Positions 61,908 to 64,000 of a DNA stretch of 64,000 nucleotides are shown one piece after another. The stretch lies in assembly GCA_977016875.1 (NCBI GenBank), contig CDRNST010000072.1:372001-436000 (forward strand), in the 5' to 3' direction. Position 1 is the stretch's first letter. Each line of letters starts with the position of its first letter. Below the pieces are notes generated by a model. The model was not told where the DNA came from. It saw nothing but the letters and a program-made list of their open reading frames with translations, and did not search any database. Source of the DNA: Pavona decussata (Eukaryota). A program made the translations under genes and the position numbers.

Positions 61908-62378
61908 ATGCAGCCGTATAATTACAAAAGAATTTTTCATCCGAAACTCGGAAGATTTGTTTTCCAACACAAAGGATCGGGTTTGATTGTTGATAATATT
62001 TTCAAACCGATGAAAAAAATGTTGGCAACAGCGACAAAAGCTGTTTTGAAACCTCTTGCTAAAAAAGCTTTGAAATCGGGAATAGAAAGTGCTGGCGACA
62101 AAATCGGAAAGAAAGCTGTCGACGTTGCTGGTAAAAAATTTTCTGAAAGTCCAGGTTTAACGTTTTTGAAAGAGATGGGTAAAAAAACTAAAGACTCCAC
62201 CGGACCAACGGTCAGAGATTACAACGGAATGTTGAATTCAATGATCCAATTTTCACAACCGAAGGTAGGGGTTTCACAACCAAAGGTAACCCAACCCGCC
62301 GAAGAAGATTATAATTTGATTTTGAATCGAATGATTTCCGGAAGCGGGATGAAAAAAAGGAGAAAAAATAAAAAATAA
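61908..62378 (+). CDS. Basic virion core-like protein with putative protease sites
   Basis: 156 aa, Lys-rich amphipathic segment, HKGSG and ISGSG motifs, basic C-terminal tail. Confidence 0.7.
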   Translation: MQPYNYKRIFHPKLGRFVFQHKGSGLIVDNIFKPMKKMLATATKAVLKPLAKKALKSGIESAGDKIGKKAVDVAGKKFSESPGLTFLKEMGKKTKDSTGPTVRDYNGMLNSMIQFSQPKVGVSQPKVTQPAEEDYNLILNRMISGSGMKKRRKNKK

Positions 62379-62405
62379 AAAATAAAATTTTCGGTATAAA
62401 TAAAA

Positions 62406-63698
62406 ATGATGAGTTTCAGAACAAGTGAAAAACTTCAAAGATACGAAATGGTTAGATTTTCTCTTGACAATGTTATTGAGGTGCCCGGAAACAACAATTC
62501 TCAGAAAAAAACAGGCTATAAATTTACAATCAACGACAGATCGACTTTTTTCGATTATTTTAACGGGTATTTTGAGGTTACCAAGGAGTTACAGAAAAAA
62601 GCTGACGGTGCGGGTTATGCAGCCGCTGATAGAATCACCATGATCAATGGAGCACATTCTCTAATCAAACACATGGTGATCAAATCCGCAGGAAAAATCG
62701 TTTACGAAAGTGACAACATTCACAGAATCACAAATGCTAAAAATTTACTTGAGTATAGCGACGATTTCAGTAGATCGGTTGCTAAAAACAGTTTTTGGTA
62801 TCTTGATACAAACGGATCAACAGCAAACACAAATACAGGTTTTGAAGCAAGACGAATTTTAACTCAAGCTACAAACAATGATGGAAGTGGCGGTGCAAAA
62901 AGCATCAATGAAATCATTCCATTAAATAGGTACAGTTTTTTCGAGGAATTGGAAGACAAGATGATTCCACCCATGCAGCTCACAATTGAAATTACATTGA
63001 ACGATGATTCTGAATTGATTCACAAAGCGGCCGCTGCAGACGACGGTCGTGTTGTTGTGACTCGATTTTATCTTTGGCTTCCAAAAATGGTTCCAAAGGA
63101 TAGTGAATTTAATGAATTTGTAAAAGATTTTTTGAAACCGAGCAAATGGGTTTACATGAGAGATTTATACAACCAGAGTGCAAATACAAGAGCTGTTCAA
63201 AACATGTTTCAAATCAGTCCCGCCATCGACAATGTAAAACATGTATTTGTTTATTTGCAGCGAACCGATGGCCCAAACAACGAGGAATCTGAGAGAACAC
63301 CGTATGTTTACGATGCTTTCAAATTGAATGCTGCAGATTCAAACTCCAGTCTTGCATCGTGCCGACTAGAATATGGAAACAGTACTTTTTATCCTGAATT
63401 GGAGTACGATGCAGATTCAAAAGTCAGAATCTTTAACGATCTGATGTCTTATGCTTACAGAAAAAACGATCTCAACACTGGAACGCAGTTAAATCTCCAC
63501 AATTTCGATGCTCTTTACGGTCTTGTTTATTTCGATTTGACTTTCCAAAAAGAGACTGTCACACGAGACCCAAAACAACTTATTTTAAATTTTAGATTAA
63601 ACACTGCTCCGACAGCCAATGTTAGAGCACATGCCATCGTTTTTCATGAAAGTGAAATAATTGTGGATAAAAGAGGAAACGAACTTATGATTGTTTGA
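62406..63698 (+). CDS. Major capsid protein (double jelly roll, PY/hexon-like)
   Basis: Intact 430-aa beta-rich ORF in the morphogenetic cluster; NGAHSLI, NLLEYSDDF, IPLNRYSFF, KHVFVYLQ, YPELEY, LVYFDLTFQ. Confidence 0.85.
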   Translation: MMSFRTSEKLQRYEMVRFSLDNVIEVPGNNNSQKKTGYKFTINDRSTFFDYFNGYFEVTKELQKKADGAGYAAADRITMINGAHSLIKHMVIKSAGKIVYESDNIHRITNAKNLLEYSDDFSRSVAKNSFWYLDTNGSTANTNTGFEARRILTQATNNDGSGGAKSINEIIPLNRYSFFEELEDKMIPPMQLTIEITLNDDSELIHKAAAADDGRVVVTRFYLWLPKMVPKDSEFNEFVKDFLKPSKWVYMRDLYNQSANTRAVQNMFQISPAIDNVKHVFVYLQRTDGPNNEESERTPYVYDAFKLNAADSNSSLASCRLEYGNSTFYPELEYDADSKVRIFNDLMSYAYRKNDLNTGTQLNLHNFDALYGLVYFDLTFQKETVTRDPKQLILNFRLNTAPTANVRAHAIVFHESEIIVDKRGNELMIV

Positions 63699-63743
63699 GT
63701 TGGAAAAAATTTTTTTATTTTATTTGATTCAAATAAAATAACG

Positions 63744-64000
63744 ATGACACAATTGTATGAAATCAACATTTCACTTTCTGAAAATCAGAAAAAAACTTTG
63801 AGTAAAGCCTATCATGAAAAGGAAACGATTACATTGCGTTTGAAAAACGACGCTCTATCTGGGTCCGATACTCTTTTAGTACCAAAAACAACTGTAAACA
63901 GGTTGGAAAAGAATCGAAAACTAAACAAGGGAATGGATATCAAACTCGCAAAGTCAAACATTAGAAAACAAGTTGGTGGATCGCTTTTGAGTTCGATTTT
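63744..64000 (+). CDS. Maverick basic protein, partial (runs off the window)
   Basis: Manual translation MTQLYEINISLSENQKKTLSKAYHEKETITLRLKNDALSGSDTLLVPKTTVNRLEKNRKLNKGMDIKLAKSNIRKQVGGSLLSSI with no stop. Confidence 0.75.
   Translation, partial: MTQLYEINISLSENQKKTLSKAYHEKETITLRLKNDALSGSDTLLVPKTTVNRLEKNRKLNKGMDIKLAKSNIRKQVGGSLLSSI

Larger units (their letters stand above)
55174..64000. mobile_element. Maverick/Polinton (adintovirus-like) endogenous virus, left part
   Basis: AGTAGT terminus at 55174, subterminal tandem repeats, pPolB C-terminal stub, then dense intronless ORFs for ATPase, PZ-like, penton and major capsid proteins. Confidence 0.92.

Noticed and set aside
56891-63698. Bacterial or phage contamination
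   Set aside because: The block begins at a clean AGTAGT terminus inside a host transposon copy and has the Polinton gene set; no Shine-Dalgarno pattern is evident.

Overview
AT-rich animal genomic DNA with GT-AG introns and two N-gaps; the gene and repeat families suggest a cnidarian, probably a stony coral (inference). Host genes on the + strand: (i) four near-identical phase-1 calcium-binding EGF exons (3693-13254) that can splice to two fibrinogen-related domain (FReD) exons (24626-26173); (ii) the first coding exon of a GPR158/179-like receptor (27207-28009); (iii) a paralogous PAN-like/EGF/EGF_CA exon set (50049-51875). Most of the window is mobile DNA, often nested: two Sola3-type elements, four truncated Ngaro tyrosine-recombinase retroelements with an SGNH hydrolase ORF, a complete degenerate Academ element plus a partial duplicate, CRE and Tx1/L1 LINE remnants, Gypsy and Tc1 remnants, a tRNA-derived SINE and several MITEs. 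From 55174 to the window end lies the left part of a Maverick/Polinton (adintovirus-like) endogenous virus. Its capsid, penton, ATPase and 804-aa fibre-like ORFs are intact, but only a C-terminal stub of the polymerase remains. Best leads: a structured non-coding module with a symmetric kissing-loop pair inside the Maverick, its fibre-like protein with adhesin-neck repeats, a DDE transposon that appears to carry an alpha-kinase gene, and Ngaro-linked amplification of a host EGF exon. All family calls come from motif recognition by eye; no searches were run.
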